Positions 39,375 to 49,429 of a stretch of DNA of 64,000 bases are shown here, piece after piece (the stretch's first letter is position 1; every line of letters begins with the position of its first letter). The notes under the pieces were generated by a model. It was not told the DNA's origin and did no database searches. It saw only the letters and a list, made by a program, of their open reading frames with translations. Made by a program: the position numbers and the translations under genes. The DNA is taken from the NCBI GenBank assembly GCA_938015295.1, contig CALLQB010000019.1, positions 448 through 64,447 on the forward strand, read 5' to 3'. This DNA is from an uncultured Acidimicrobiales bacterium. GTDB taxonomy: Bacteria; Actinomycetota; Acidimicrobiia; Acidimicrobiales; SHLQ01.

Positions 39375-40295
39375 TCATGCTGGTAGGTCGCCAAGCTGAG
39401 CGAACCCTAGCGCTGCTGCCCCAATCAGCGGTGCGTCGTGGCCGAGCTGTGCTGGAACAATCTTGGCACCGCGGGAATAACGAATCGTGGTCCGTCGGTC
39501 GAGTTCTTCTTGTGCGGCCTCGAAAAACAGCTCGCCAAAGCCAAGGGCAACCGAGCCGGCAACCACCGCAAGATCGATATCGAGCAGCGTCGCCACCGAA
39601 GCGACGGCGCGACCGACCAGGGTGCCGGTGCGCACTCGAATGGCATCGTCGGCCACAGAAGCCGGAGCGCCAGTGATTGCCTCTATAGCGGGCCCTGACG
39701 CCTCGGCCTCGAGACACCCACGGCTTCCGCAGCGGCAAAGGCGACCGTTTTGCACTACTTGGAGATGACCAATGTGTCCGGCGTTTGCCGAAGCGCCGTG
39801 CAACAGGCGTCCATCGACGATCAGCCCGCCACCGACACCGGTCGAGACAACCATCCCAAGGAAACTGGACCGCCCCCTCGCTGCACCAAACCAACCCTCG
39901 CCTAACGCCAAGGCTTTGGCATCGTTGTCGATCACGACCCGCAGCCCGGTAAGCGACTCGAGTTCTGCCAACAGCGGAAAGGCATCCCAAGGTTCGATGT
40001 TGAGCGGCGAAACCGTCGTTCCACCCGGCGTCATCGGACCGCCAACACCAACACCACACACAGCAAAGCCAGCAAATGGGTGATCGCTATTTACGGCACC
40101 GCCATCTACACCAGGCCTCGCGTCGACAAGCATCTTCATCAAGTCGGCAAGCGAGGTGAACAACTCGGTCCCGCTGGTCGTCTGCACTGTGGGGCGCTGG
40201 TACCGGTCGAGTAGCTGACCTGAACGCGTTACGCGCCCGACAGCAAGCTTCGTCCCACCGATGTCCACAGAAAGTGCATGCGTCAACCGGCTCAT
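39375..40295 (-). CDS. ROK-family sugar kinase
   Basis: VDIGGTK, NDA, STGVGGG, NAGHIGH, CRCGSRGCLE. Confidence 0.92.
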   Translation of the reverse strand: MSRLTHALSVDIGGTKLAVGRVTRSGQLLDRYQRPTVQTTSGTELFTSLADLMKMLVDARPGVDGGAVNSDHPFAGFAVCGVGVGGPMTPGGTTVSPLNIEPWDAFPLLAELESLTGLRVVIDNDAKALALGEGWFGAARGRSSFLGMVVSTGVGGGLIVDGRLLHGASANAGHIGHLQVVQNGRLCRCGSRGCLEAEASGPAIEAITGAPASVADDAIRVRTGTLVGRAVASVATLLDIDLAVVAGSVALGFGELFFEAAQEELDRRTTIRYSRGAKIVPAQLGHDAPLIGAAALGFAQLGDLPA

Positions 40296-40429
40296 TAATC
40301 TCGAAGATAACCCGGCCCTTTACCTCAACCTTCACCTAGCCTTGCGACTATGTGTTCTGTGTCGAACGGAACCGCATGAGTACTCGTCCAGTACTAGCTA
40401 CCCACGATGAAAGAATCGACCCCGAAACA

Positions 40430-41428
40430 ATGCAGCAAAACGTGCCGCAATCCGTTCCGCAAGCGACCGAGCGCTCCGGAACCTTCTCCGAACTCTTCGA
40501 TGCAATCTGCCAGAACATTCAACTGGCAGTGCGAGGCAAAGACGAAGTCATTCGCCTCATGGTTCTGTGTTTGATCGCCGACGGTCACCTGCTAATCGAA
40601 GACGCCCCCGGCGTCGGCAAGACCAGCTTGGCGAAAGCGCTGGCTGCTTCGGTCGAGGGCACCCTGGGCCGCATCCAGTTCACGCCCGACCTACTGCCCG
40701 GCGATGTCACCGGCATGTCGGTCTGGAACCGTTCGACCGGCGACTTTGACTTCCGGCCCGGCCCGGTCTTCAACAACATCGTGCTTGGCGATGAGATCAA
40801 CCGTGCATCGCCAAAGACCCAGTCCGCCCTGCTCGAATCGATGGCCGAGCGTCAGGTCACCATCGACGGTTCGACCCATGCACTCAGCTCACCCTTCATG
40901 GTCATCGCCACCCAAAACCCGATCGAGCACGAAGGCACCTATGTGTTGCCGGAGGCGCAACTCGACCGGTTCCTCATGCGCGTGTCGGTTGGCTACCCTG
41001 ACCGTGACGCCGAGATCGACATTTTGACGACGCTCGAGGACGGTGACGCAACAGCTTCGCTGCGCCCGGTCGTTGCTGGCGACAACATCCGCGCCATGAG
41101 TAAAGCTGTTAGCTCGGTGCACGTCGCCCCGTCGCTTCGCAGCTATATGGTCGACCTCGCTGCAGCCACTCGAAACCACCCTTCGCTTTCACTCGGCATG
41201 TCACCTCGCGCGGTGCTGGCCCTGCAGCGGGTAACTCGCACCGCTGCTGCCGCAAATCGTCGTGACCACGTCATACCCGACGATCTCAAAGCCATGGCTC
41301 AACCGACCCTCGCTCACCGGCTCATGGTCACCCCCGAGGCGCAACTCCAAGGTGTCTCCGCCGGCCAAATTCTTGGCGAAATCATCGCCAGCCTGCCAAT
41401 TCCCACAGGACCAGGTTTGGTTTCATGA
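40430..41428 (+). CDS. MoxR-family AAA+ ATPase
   Basis: EDAPGVGKT, RIQFTPDLLP, DEINR, ATQNP, AQLDRF; start could be 40376. Confidence 0.95.
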   Translation: MQQNVPQSVPQATERSGTFSELFDAICQNIQLAVRGKDEVIRLMVLCLIADGHLLIEDAPGVGKTSLAKALAASVEGTLGRIQFTPDLLPGDVTGMSVWNRSTGDFDFRPGPVFNNIVLGDEINRASPKTQSALLESMAERQVTIDGSTHALSSPFMVIATQNPIEHEGTYVLPEAQLDRFLMRVSVGYPDRDAEIDILTTLEDGDATASLRPVVAGDNIRAMSKAVSSVHVAPSLRSYMVDLAAATRNHPSLSLGMSPRAVLALQRVTRTAAAANRRDHVIPDDLKAMAQPTLAHRLMVTPEAQLQGVSAGQILGEIIASLPIPTGPGLVS

Positions 41429-41464
41429 TCGCTTTCGGTCACGCAGGTTTGGGTTGCTGCTGAA

Positions 41465-42658
41465 ATGCCAAGCCGCTCGGGCTGGGGGCTCGTCGTTATT
41501 GGTTTACTCTTCGTCGCCGCCGGGCGGGTACTCGGTAGCCTCGAGTTGTTCCTCTGCGGCATCATCACTGGCGCCGTGGTCTTATGCGCAGTGGGTTACG
41601 TACTTGGCCGTCGTCTTCGCCTAGAGGTGCGGAGAAAAATTCAGCCGCCGAAGGTTCACGCCGGAACTGCGAGCAGAGTCGACTTGTCGCTCATCAACCG
41701 CGGAAACCGTCGAAGCCCGGTGCTGACGGTTAACGACAGCGTGTCGGGCACCCACGGGGCTCGCCTCCAGGTCGCCCCGCTTCGCTCCGACGCGAGCGCT
41801 AGAGCCGCCTATCGCTTACCCACCGCCAAACGTGGTGTTGTTCGGGTCGGCCCGCTCGACGTCGAGATCGCCGATCCCCTCGGGCTTGCGCGCACCAAAC
41901 TTGTAGCGGCCGGCGTTTCCGAGCTTCTTGTCTACCCAACCGTGTTCGCAGTGACACCCCTCCCCCAAAGCGACAGCATCGACCCCTACGCCAGTTCGCT
42001 TCAGACACTTGCGCTCGGGTTGACGGGTGAGGACTTTCATGCGCTGCGAAGATTTGACCAGGGCGACGACCTCCGACGGGTGCATTGGCCTTCGACCGCT
42101 CGATATGACGAACTCATGGTGCGACAAGATGAGCAGCCGTCGCTTGGGCGGGTCACGGTGGTTATCGACAATCGCGAAACCACTATGTCGGCCGACGAGC
42201 TTGACTTGGCCACCACCATCGCGGGAAGCGTCGCGCTCGCAGCCCAACGTCAACACGACCTCGTTCGGGTGTGTGCGGCGGGTGGCACCTCAGGCAGATT
42301 CGCGGTGAGCAACAGCGATATCGAGTCAATTCTTGGATTTCTTGCCGTGCTCGATCTCACCTCGTCGGTCTCACCAGTTGCTGGCCTACAGCACGCGGCG
42401 ACGCCAGACGCTGGCGGTGCGCTGGTGTTGATCAGTAGCGAACCAGACCTCGCGGAGAGCACCGCGGTCCGCCGACTTTCCTCCACCTTCTCCGCTGCCA
42501 CATCAATAGTTATCGATCCAAGCGCTACCCAAACCGACCAACCCCAGCGCGGCACATCGTCATCAGCCCGCAAAATCGTCGTCACCGACGAGAACCCGTT
42601 CCCCGGAGCCTGGAACCAGGCCATTGGTGCCCGGCGCCGCACAGGAGCTAGTCGATGA
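41465..42658 (+). CDS. DUF58-family (VWA-like) protein
   Basis: RG....GP, DPLGL, LLVYP, GDDLRRVHWPSTAR. Confidence 0.92.
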   Translation: MPSRSGWGLVVIGLLFVAAGRVLGSLELFLCGIITGAVVLCAVGYVLGRRLRLEVRRKIQPPKVHAGTASRVDLSLINRGNRRSPVLTVNDSVSGTHGARLQVAPLRSDASARAAYRLPTAKRGVVRVGPLDVEIADPLGLARTKLVAAGVSELLVYPTVFAVTPLPQSDSIDPYASSLQTLALGLTGEDFHALRRFDQGDDLRRVHWPSTARYDELMVRQDEQPSLGRVTVVIDNRETTMSADELDLATTIAGSVALAAQRQHDLVRVCAAGGTSGRFAVSNSDIESILGFLAVLDLTSSVSPVAGLQHAATPDAGGALVLISSEPDLAESTAVRRLSSTFSAATSIVIDPSATQTDQPQRGTSSSARKIVVTDENPFPGAWNQAIGARRRTGASR

Positions 42659-44946
42659 CCTCTTCGGTCGCCACACCACGCCAGGCGTTAGGCCTTTTGC
42701 CGCTGGCAGAGTTTGCGGTGACGCTGATGGGCTTTGCGGTAGCAATGGGCTTCGGTCGGGTATTCGGCGACGACTCATACAGACAGCCGCTCTTGATAAG
42801 CGTTCTTGTCGCTCATGCACTAGCGGTTATCGCCCGCCGACTCGGCGTGTCATTAAGCATCTCGGCGCTGATGTCGGCCGCAGGCCTGCTGGTAACCCAA
42901 AGCCTCCTGCACTACGGCGCAAGCACCCGCTATGGGCTTCCGACCTCGAGCACTCGTGAGCAGATCACTACCGACCTCACCGATGCCTGGACCTTGTTTG
43001 GCAACATCAGTGCCCCGGTAGACCCGGTTCCTGGCTTTCTCCTTGCCGCGTCGGTCGGCCTCTGGCTCGTGATGTTCCTGGCCGACTGGGCAGCATTTCG
43101 TATGCAGTCGGGTTTCGAGGCGGTGTTGCCGCCGACGGTCATCTTTATCTTCGTTTCGTTGTTCGCTGCCGATCAACAACGTTTGCTAGCAACAGCGCTA
43201 TTTGCCGCAACGGTGCTCTTGTTTATCGTGGCGCACCGGTCGGCGGCACTCGAGCAGTCCAACGCGAGCTGGTTGGGCGGTACCAGCCGACGAGGCACGC
43301 AGTCGATGTTGGCGGCTGGCGGGGCGATCGCCGCGATTTCGCTGCTGTTCGGGCTACTTGCCGGGCCACAGTTTCCTGGTGCCGACGATGAGCCCATTAT
43401 CGATCTTGAAAAGGTCGGCGATGGGCCGGGCACGCGCGTGGCGTTGAACCCGCTGGTCGGCATTCAGGCCCAACTGCTCGATCTGCCGAACACGGTTGCG
43501 TTCACGGTGAAAGCCGACGAGCCGACCTATTGGAAGCTCACCTCGCTTCCCTCTTTCGATGGGAAGCAGTTCACCGCAAACGAGAGCTTCGCCGAGGTCG
43601 ATGGGCCGCTTGAATCGGTGGCGCCCAAAGAAAGCACCTACGACCTCAGCCAAGAGTTCACCATCGACGGTCTCGCCGGCGAATGGCTCCCGGCCGCCCA
43701 CGAGCCACGCTCGGTCGAATCGCTTTCAGAAGACTTCAAAATCAACTGGAACGCCGATATTAGTTCGTTGATCATTCGCGACCGATCAACAACGGTGACC
43801 CCGGGAATGACCTATCAGGTCACCTCGGGAATCACGACGCCCGACCTAGCCGCCATTCAAGCGGCAACGATTCCCGAAGATATCGATGAGGTGTTTCTCG
43901 AACTTCCGGGTGACTTCAGTGAGACGGCGCGCCAAATCGCCCGGCAGGTCACCGCCACGGCGACAACGCCGTATGAGCAGGCCTTGATGCTGCAGCAATA
44001 CTTCATCAATAACTTCGACTACGACATCGACGTGGCACGGGGTCACAGCATCGAACGCATCGACGACTTCCTTGCCGCACAGGTCGGCTACTGCGAGCAG
44101 TTCTCAACGGCGTACGCCACGATGGCGAGGTCGCTGGGTCTTCCTACTCGAGTATCGATTGGTTTCACCGAAGGTGAATACAGCGCCGATGAGGGTTTGT
44201 ACCGGGTACGCGGAGCCCAGGCCCACGCGTGGCCTGAGGTCTTCTTTGAAGATATTGGTTGGCTGAGATTTGAGCCGACGCCTGGCCGCGGGGCTCCCGG
44301 CGATCAGGTGTACACCGGCCAGAGTGCAGAACCAGCGCCTGCTCCCGAAGTCACGCCTCCTACCAGCACGACGGCTGCGCCTCGACCTGAGCGGCCGGTT
44401 ACCAGCGACCCCGGAGCAGCGCCGGTTACTCAGCCACCGGCCGATGTTGCGGCCGGCGGGTCAGACTCTGGCTCGGGTTGGCAGATTCCCGTGCGGGTCG
44501 TGCTTGCCCTGTTCGCCGTGTTGGCTGCGCTAGGACTCGTGGGTGGAAGCATTCTTGCCTTGAAGAGTCGTCAGCGCACCAAGGCACTGAGCGTGCATCC
44601 CGATGAGAATCGTCGCCGAATCGCCGAAGTCTGGCTGTCGACCGAAGACAAGCTCACCATGGCCGGTATTCCACCTCGTCTTGCTGAAACGCCGACGGAG
44701 TTCGCTTCTCGTGCTGGCGGGCAACACCGGGCCCTGCGCGATGACCTTGTTGCGTTGGCGGGCCTGGTTACGGCGGCCCGCTACCGGCAGTCAGCGCCAT
44801 CTGATGAAGACGTGCAGGCCGCCCGCGAGTTTGGTGCGCGGACCGGCCAGTACCTTGATGAGCGCTTTAGCTGGATCGACCGGTCGAAGTTTGCGCTCGA
44901 TCCCCGCCCGCTTTTCCCAGAGAAGTCCTCCGTGGCAACGCGGTAG
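42655..44946 (+). CDS. Membrane transglutaminase-like protein (DUF3488 + TGase + DUF4129)
   Basis: Multiple TMs; Cys-His triad region GYCEQF and AHAWPEV...FEPTP; C-terminal ETPTEFA. Confidence 0.92.
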   Translation: MTSSVATPRQALGLLPLAEFAVTLMGFAVAMGFGRVFGDDSYRQPLLISVLVAHALAVIARRLGVSLSISALMSAAGLLVTQSLLHYGASTRYGLPTSSTREQITTDLTDAWTLFGNISAPVDPVPGFLLAASVGLWLVMFLADWAAFRMQSGFEAVLPPTVIFIFVSLFAADQQRLLATALFAATVLLFIVAHRSAALEQSNASWLGGTSRRGTQSMLAAGGAIAAISLLFGLLAGPQFPGADDEPIIDLEKVGDGPGTRVALNPLVGIQAQLLDLPNTVAFTVKADEPTYWKLTSLPSFDGKQFTANESFAEVDGPLESVAPKESTYDLSQEFTIDGLAGEWLPAAHEPRSVESLSEDFKINWNADISSLIIRDRSTTVTPGMTYQVTSGITTPDLAAIQAATIPEDIDEVFLELPGDFSETARQIARQVTATATTPYEQALMLQQYFINNFDYDIDVARGHSIERIDDFLAAQVGYCEQFSTAYATMARSLGLPTRVSIGFTEGEYSADEGLYRVRGAQAHAWPEVFFEDIGWLRFEPTPGRGAPGDQVYTGQSAEPAPAPEVTPPTSTTAAPRPERPVTSDPGAAPVTQPPADVAAGGSDSGSGWQIPVRVVLALFAVLAALGLVGGSILALKSRQRTKALSVHPDENRRRIAEVWLSTEDKLTMAGIPPRLAETPTEFASRAGGQHRALRDDLVALAGLVTAARYRQSAPSDEDVQAAREFGARTGQYLDERFSWIDRSKFALDPRPLFPEKSSVATR

Positions 44947-44980
44947 AGAAGTCCTCCGTGGCAACGCGGTAGAGAAGTCC
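44919..44980. repeat. 26-bp tandem repeat AGAGAAGTCCTCCGTGGCAACGCGGT, about 2.4 copies
   Basis: Exact units at 44919-44944 and 44945-44970, partial unit at 44971-44980; spans the transglutaminase stop. Confidence 0.95.
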
Positions 44981-44989
44981 GAAGAAGTT

Positions 44990-45412
44990 TTAGTCGGTGT
45001 CTTCGTCGGCTTCGACGTCGGTGCTGTCGTCGCCTTCGTAGTCGCGACGGAACTTGTCGCGCATCCGGTCGCCGGTAGACCCGAAGTATTCGCGAACACC
45101 AGAGGTGCCTCGTACGGTTTGGGTCATCTGCTCAAGCCCGACCCGGCCGAGCCGGCGCAGGTTGCGCTCGAAGAAGAACGCCGATCCCAACATGATGAGG
45201 AAACCAACAAATGCGACCAGGTAGTGCATCTGCAGCGTCAGCACCATGAATGCGGCACCGCAGGCAAACGCCAAGGTCGCCCACTTCAGGTTGCGGAAGG
45301 CGTGCGTGTAGACGGTGGTTGAGCTGACCTCACGAGCGAGCGCGGGGTCAGACTCGTAGAGCTGCTGCTCGATCTCGCTGAGGATCCTCTGTTCATCCTC
45401 GGAAAGCGGCAC
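44990..45412 (-). CDS. DUF3040-family membrane protein
   Basis: MPLSEDEQRILSEIEQQL..SDP, two TMs; GGAGG RBS. Confidence 0.9.
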   Translation of the reverse strand: MPLSEDEQRILSEIEQQLYESDPALAREVSSTTVYTHAFRNLKWATLAFACGAAFMVLTLQMHYLVAFVGFLIMLGSAFFFERNLRRLGRVGLEQMTQTVRGTSGVREYFGSTGDRMRDKFRRDYEGDDSTDVEADEDTD

Positions 45413-45581
45413 TCATCCTCCAAAACTCCACTTGCATATCTCGGTCATTTCTCGGTCAGCTCCGCACTTTCGGCCTGCATCAACGCTTTGGGCAGCGCGA
45501 GTTGGAAAGTCCGTCCCTTCATCATCGCACATGCGAAGGGCTAATCCAACGCGATCGGGGGTCAAATGAAGGGGTCTTTCG

Positions 45582-46850
45582 CTAGGCGTCGGGGCCCCAC
45601 TGCTGATCGCCCTTCCTTTTCACGCGGAGGCCTGCGTTGTCCGCCAGGACCGCCGGGCCAATCGCGTCATCACCAAAGCGCCGTCGTATGTCGTCGACAA
45701 CCGCATCGAGACCACGTTGACGTTTGGCGTCTGTGGCGTCGAGGTCGAGCGTGAGCTGGCGGGCCGGATCTTCCCGCAACGACTGGACGCCGACGCCCAA
45801 CAGCCGCACACCCATCTCGATGTCGACGTGGTCGAGCAGCAGCTTTGCTATTCGCGTGATCTCGGCGCCGGAATCGACCGGCCCGGGTTGGGTAGCCGAC
45901 CTCGTGATCGTGCTGAAGTCTCCGAAACGTACCTTGATGCTGACGGTGCGTCCGGCAATGCCTGCTTTGCGAAGCCTCGATCCCACCGAGTCGGCCATCC
46001 GCACAAGTTCGCGTTCGAGGTCGAGCCGCTCGAACAGGTCTTCGGCGAAGGTTTCTTCATGGCTGACTGACTTGGTGGCTTGGTTTGGGGTCACCGGCCG
46101 GGGATCGCGGCCGTTCGCTAGCTCGTGGAGGTGCCGGCCTTGGGCCTTTCCGACTGCCGCCACCACGCTCTCGACGGGCAGCGTCGCTAGGTCGGCAACC
46201 GTTTCGACGCCAATGCGTTGGAGCTTCTCGAGTGTGACTCGACCAACGCCCCACAACGCCTTCACCGGCAGGGGGTGCAAAAAGGCGAGTTCAGTGCCCG
46301 GTTCGATAACCAACACACCGAGGCCTGGTTCTGGCCCGCTGCGCGTTGCGCGGGGTTTTGCCGCCTCTGAGCCCAGTTTCGCGAGAAACTTTGTTGTTGC
46401 GGCGCCGACCGAGCATTCGAGTTTTTCTTCGGCAAAAACTTCCTCGCGGATCTTGCGAGCTATCTCGGCGGGGCTGCCCAGCAGTCTCACCGCTCCCGCA
46501 ACATCGAGGAACGCTTCGTCCAACGACAGCGGTTCGATCTCGGGTGTATAACGGGAAAACAACGCCATCACCCGCGCCGACACCTCGCTGTAGAGCGCAT
46601 GGTCGCCAGACAAAAACACAGCGTTCGGGCAGAGGCGCAAGGCGCGCGTCGATGGCATCGCAGAATGCACGCCGTAGGCCCGAGCCGCATACGAGGCTGC
46701 GGCCACAACGCCGCGCTGGCCGGACCCGCCAACGATCACTGGTTGCCCGCGAAGTTCTGGGCGCCGGAGCAACTCGACCGAGACGTAGAACGCATCCATG
46801 TCGACGTGAAGAATGGTTGGGCTCGACCGCAGTCCTGTCCCGCTAGTCAT
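45582..46850 (-). CDS. dinB: DNA polymerase IV
   Basis: [36 protein letters not shown]. Confidence 0.96.
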   Translation of the reverse strand: MTSGTGLRSSPTILHVDMDAFYVSVELLRRPELRGQPVIVGGSGQRGVVAAASYAARAYGVHSAMPSTRALRLCPNAVFLSGDHALYSEVSARVMALFSRYTPEIEPLSLDEAFLDVAGAVRLLGSPAEIARKIREEVFAEEKLECSVGAATTKFLAKLGSEAAKPRATRSGPEPGLGVLVIEPGTELAFLHPLPVKALWGVGRVTLEKLQRIGVETVADLATLPVESVVAAVGKAQGRHLHELANGRDPRPVTPNQATKSVSHEETFAEDLFERLDLERELVRMADSVGSRLRKAGIAGRTVSIKVRFGDFSTITRSATQPGPVDSGAEITRIAKLLLDHVDIEMGVRLLGVGVQSLREDPARQLTLDLDATDAKRQRGLDAVVDDIRRRFGDDAIGPAVLADNAGLRVKRKGDQQWGPDA

Positions 46851-46888
46851 GGGGTTGGAGACAAATCATGGTGCGAGGCGCCGCCATG

Positions 46889-47377
46889 TCAGCTGTCGAC
46901 GCGCTCGACCTGAGCGGTGGCCAGTTTCTCGCCCCGGACATCGTAAAAGAAGGAGTCCTCGGACCCGTGATCGCTGAGGTGGGCGAGGAACGGTTCGCGT
47001 ACCCAGCGTGGCGACGACGCCAGTTTTTCCTCGCACTGCGCGACGTCGCACCACAAGGCTTCCTCGACAATGCCATCGGGGTCGTCGATGACAATGTCGC
47101 CGGTCCAGCCACCGGCAACCATCGTGACCACGGTGAGGTGCATACCCAGATCGATGAACCTCACCTCGATGTTGTAGGCCTCGGTGTCCCAAGAGTCGAC
47201 GACCAGTCCGGTTTCTTCGGCAACTTCACGACCCAAGGCTTCGACCGGTGTTTCGCCGTCATCGACCACGCCGCCCGGAGGCGACCAGTCGACACTTCCG
47301 TTGCGCCTGCGATTAGCTACGAGAAGATAGCCATCGCCGTTGGAGAGAACGGAACTGGCGACAGACCACTGTTTCAT
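46889..47377 (-). CDS. Nudix hydrolase
   Basis: PGGVVDDGETPVEALGREVAEETGL. Confidence 0.9.
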   Translation of the reverse strand: MKQWSVASSVLSNGDGYLLVANRRRNGSVDWSPPGGVVDDGETPVEALGREVAEETGLVVDSWDTEAYNIEVRFIDLGMHLTVVTMVAGGWTGDIVIDDPDGIVEEALWCDVAQCEEKLASSPRWVREPFLAHLSDHGSEDSFFYDVRGEKLATAQVERVDS

Positions 47378-47494
47378 GTCTGCAGTCTTGCCGGTCTTGT
47401 TGACCGACGCTAGAAGTCAGCGAAAGAATTGCGACCGGGGCGCCGGACCAAACTTTGAGGTCGACCGTCAGCTGGCGGAGCGTTCGAGAAGTGC

Positions 47495-48169
47495 TCAACG
47501 CCCGACTTGTTCGGCTCCGGGATTTGCAATCATCACCGCATCGCCAATATCGAGTGGAATCTCTTCGGAGGTCGCTGGTTGGGGTTCCGCCGCGACGAGA
47601 ACAAGTCCGCCGACCGCGGTCAGACCAACGAAGATGCCGGCGATAGGCACCACAAGTCGACGACGAATTTTCGCACCAACCGCTTCCACGACGTTGGTTT
47701 GTTCCGTCATGAGCGAGTTCAGCTCGTCCTCGACAGCAGAACGTTCGGCCTCAAGTGCATGGGCGAGGACGCCAACATCGAGCTGGCGGATCGGGATTTC
47801 CGAGCCGTTCGGAAGGTCGCGCAATGCGTAGACGATCGCCAAGTATTTTGCGAGCACCTGGTCACTCGGCGAATTGGCGATAACCGAACGGTGCTCGCCA
47901 AGCGAAAGAAGCCCCTCTTCAAGGTCGATGATCAGTTCTGATCGCTGTGGTGCAAGCGCGTTTGCGTCGATGTCATACAGCGAGGCGACGACCGCTATTG
48001 TCTGCTCGTCGAGCGGGGCTCGCCCTTGCTCGATGTCTTCGAGGAGAGCGATCGAAAGTCCTCCGGGTTCGCGGCTGAGTTCGGTCAGCGATAACGAACG
48101 ATCGACACGTCGGTTCCGAAGAAGACGGCCGAGACGGACAGGCGGCACGAGAAGCGCGGCATCAGACAT
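47495..48169 (-). CDS. XRE/RodZ-like HTH protein with a C-terminal TM helix
   Basis: LGRLLRNRR...LSLTELS...LEDIEQG; basic RRR followed by a hydrophobic helix near the C-terminus. Confidence 0.7.
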   Translation of the reverse strand: MSDAALLVPPVRLGRLLRNRRVDRSLSLTELSREPGGLSIALLEDIEQGRAPLDEQTIAVVASLYDIDANALAPQRSELIIDLEEGLLSLGEHRSVIANSPSDQVLAKYLAIVYALRDLPNGSEIPIRQLDVGVLAHALEAERSAVEDELNSLMTEQTNVVEAVGAKIRRRLVVPIAGIFVGLTAVGGLVLVAAEPQPATSEEIPLDIGDAVMIANPGAEQVGR

Positions 48170-48175
48170 CGCGTT

Positions 48176-48205
48176 CTATCGGCTACCACCGCGTCATTGT
48201 TAGCG
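48176..48205 (-). promoter_or_regulatory. Sigma-28 (FliA/WhiG)-like promoter TAAC-N15-GCCGATAG, 6 nt before ATG
   Basis: Close match to TAAA-N15-GCCGATAA. Confidence 0.6.
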
Positions 48206-48206
48206 A

Positions 48207-48980
48207 CTAAGCGCTGCGGTTCAGTGGCGTCGACTGCGCCTGTACTTCAGGGTGAACGACCGGCCGAGCTCTGCTGAGCCGGTCGCGGACTCCCCACCAG
48301 GTGACCAAAGAAAATGCTTCGACCACAATGCGATTGGACATCTTGGATTCGCCGAGTTCGCGGTCGCGAAACGAGATCGGCACCTCGGTGATTTTTCCGC
48401 CAAGCATGTGAATCCGGTAGGCCATCTCGACCTGGAAGCCGTAGCCATCGGCTCGGACCCGGCTGAGATCGATCTCGTCGACAATAGCGGCCGAATAGGC
48501 CCGGTAGCCCGAGGTCGCGTCGACGGGTTCGAAGCCCAGAAGCGCTTTGGCGTAGAGGTTGCCCCAGCGCGAGAGGAGCCGCCGGTACAGCGACCACGAG
48601 GGGATCGAGCCACCGGGAACATAGCGACTGCCAATGGTGAGCGCTGCTCCCCCACGCACTCCGGCAACGATGTCGGGGAGAGACGCCGGATCATGAGAGA
48701 GATCCGAATCCATCTCGACCAAGATGTCGAAGTTCTGCTCGAGACCCAACCGAAATCCGAGACGATATGCACTTCCAAGCCCCTGCTTGCCCGACCGGCG
48801 AATGACCCGGATCTGGCCAAGCTCTTCGGCTAGCTCGTCGCCAAGGTCGGCTGTGCCGTCGGGGCTGCCGTCGTCGATAACGAGAATTTCGGCCGTCGGA
48901 ATCGCTGCCCGTGCCGAACGCAGCACCGCCTCGAGGTTCTGGGCCTCGTTATAGGTCGGGAGAATAAGCAGCGTTCGCAC
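48207..48980 (-). CDS. Polyprenol monophosphomannose synthase (GT2)
   Basis: LPTYNE, DDGSPDGT, GLGSAY, MDSDLSH, GSRYVPGG, GYGFQVE. Confidence 0.92.
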   Translation of the reverse strand: MRTLLILPTYNEAQNLEAVLRSARAAIPTAEILVIDDGSPDGTADLGDELAEELGQIRVIRRSGKQGLGSAYRLGFRLGLEQNFDILVEMDSDLSHDPASLPDIVAGVRGGAALTIGSRYVPGGSIPSWSLYRRLLSRWGNLYAKALLGFEPVDATSGYRAYSAAIVDEIDLSRVRADGYGFQVEMAYRIHMLGGKITEVPISFRDRELGESKMSNRIVVEAFSLVTWWGVRDRLSRARPVVHPEVQAQSTPLNRSA

Positions 48981-49075
48981 TTCAACTCTTTCGGCAGATT
49001 CTCTTGCGTTTCGAGCGATACATGACACCTTAGCCCGGTGACTCAACTGCTCTGTGGCTCGCTAGTGTTTCCGTC

Positions 49076-49429
49076 GTGACCGAGAAGTCCGAACCACCAG
49101 GCGCCCCGACATCGATTCCAGACCTCCAGAGGCAACCGGCTCTCCAGAGTGCAGCTCCGCCCGTTGGGGCCCGAATTCTTGCCGTCGCCTCCATTGTTCT
49201 CAGCGGCGTTTGCGGCGGCTTGATCGGTTATGGCATCACCAATCTCCAATGCGACGACGGCTGTAGTGGCCTTGCCACCGCCGTTGGGTCGGCGGCAGCG
49301 ATTCTTGCGGCCATCGGCGTCGCAGTCGTTGCGGTGCTCGCGCTGCGGGCGATGGCCGAATGGAACGCTCAGCAACGGGTCGAAGACCTTGCCAAAACAA
49401 CCGATTCGACGCAGAAGCACCAGCAGTGA
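49076..49429 (+). CDS. Small two-TM hypothetical protein
   Basis: Two hydrophobic helices flanking a CxxxC loop, LRAMAEW; stop overlaps the suhB start. Confidence 0.75.
   Translation: MTEKSEPPGAPTSIPDLQRQPALQSAAPPVGARILAVASIVLSGVCGGLIGYGITNLQCDDGCSGLATAVGSAAAILAAIGVAVVAVLALRAMAEWNAQQRVEDLAKTTDSTQKHQQ

Noticed and set aside
40430-44946. MoxR-DUF58-transglutaminase as a novel system
   Set aside because: A widespread, previously noted operon in its usual context next to DUF3040 and dinB
22814-44980. Tandem repeats as CRISPR arrays
   Set aside because: Units are contiguous with no spacers, and there are no cas genes
46851-46888. SOS or PafBC site upstream of dinB
   Set aside because: Neither CGAAC-N4-GTTCG nor TGTC-N12-TAnnnT is present in the short spacer
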